DNA of 64,000 nt, taken from contig KV454012.1 in assembly GCA_001661245.1 (NCBI GenBank), positions 1,136,848 through 1,200,847 on the forward strand. Reading direction: 5' to 3'. Source of the DNA: Pachysolen tannophilus NRRL Y-2460. Taxonomy: Eukaryota. Both the position numbers and the translations under genes were made by a program. Below the pieces are notes generated by a model that saw only the letters and a list, made by a program, of their open reading frames with translations, had not been told where the DNA came from and searched no databases. Numbering within the stretch: position 1 is the stretch's first letter; every line of letters starts with the position of its first letter. Positions 63,909 through 64,000 of the stretch are shown one piece after another.

Positions 63909-64000
63909 CCGTTGTTGTAAGAGGTCGTTATGCCGGTAAAAAGGTAGTTATCGTCAAACCACATGACGAAGGTACCAAATCCCATCCTTTCCCACATGCC
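63909..64000 (+). CDS. RPL27: 60S ribosomal protein eL27, exon 2 (partial, runs off window)
   Basis: After TACTAAC (63875-63881) and TAG (ending 63908) the sequence reads [33 protein letters not shown], i.e. eL27 from the conserved phase-1 intron position. Confidence 0.9.

Overview
AT-rich, homopolymer-rich budding-yeast (Saccharomycotina) nuclear DNA with about 30 tightly packed housekeeping genes. In order: AFG2 (5' part), BUD16, DUG2, SAF1, pirin, POL32, ERT1, MLC1, DPH7, a thioredoxin-fold ORF, two glutathione peroxidases, ISW1, NBP35, NUP145, MAG1, OCA6, DDI1, DOS2, a 2OG-Fe(II) dioxygenase plus MFS transporter pair, DOA4/UBP5, LCB2, SPP381, BRX1, ATP19, AVO1, REX4, IRA and an RPL27 exon. 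The ORF track misses four spliceosomal introns and three genes (AFG2, ATP19, RPL27). CTG codons behave as a small residue, most likely Ala, which points to a CUG-Ala yeast such as Pachysolen. Highlights: (1) a GATA-rich divergent dioxygenase/transporter module sitting inside the otherwise conserved DOS2-DOA4 block; (2) an N-terminally extended GPx paralogue; (3) two A-run frameshifts; (4) an RPL27 second exon with no recognisable first exon; (5) a recurrent promoter motif RCACKAC; (6) paired CGCA-rich islands and paired GC-rich islands. Gene identities and synteny come from recalled homologues, not database searches. No tRNA, rRNA, CRISPR array or transposon was recognised.
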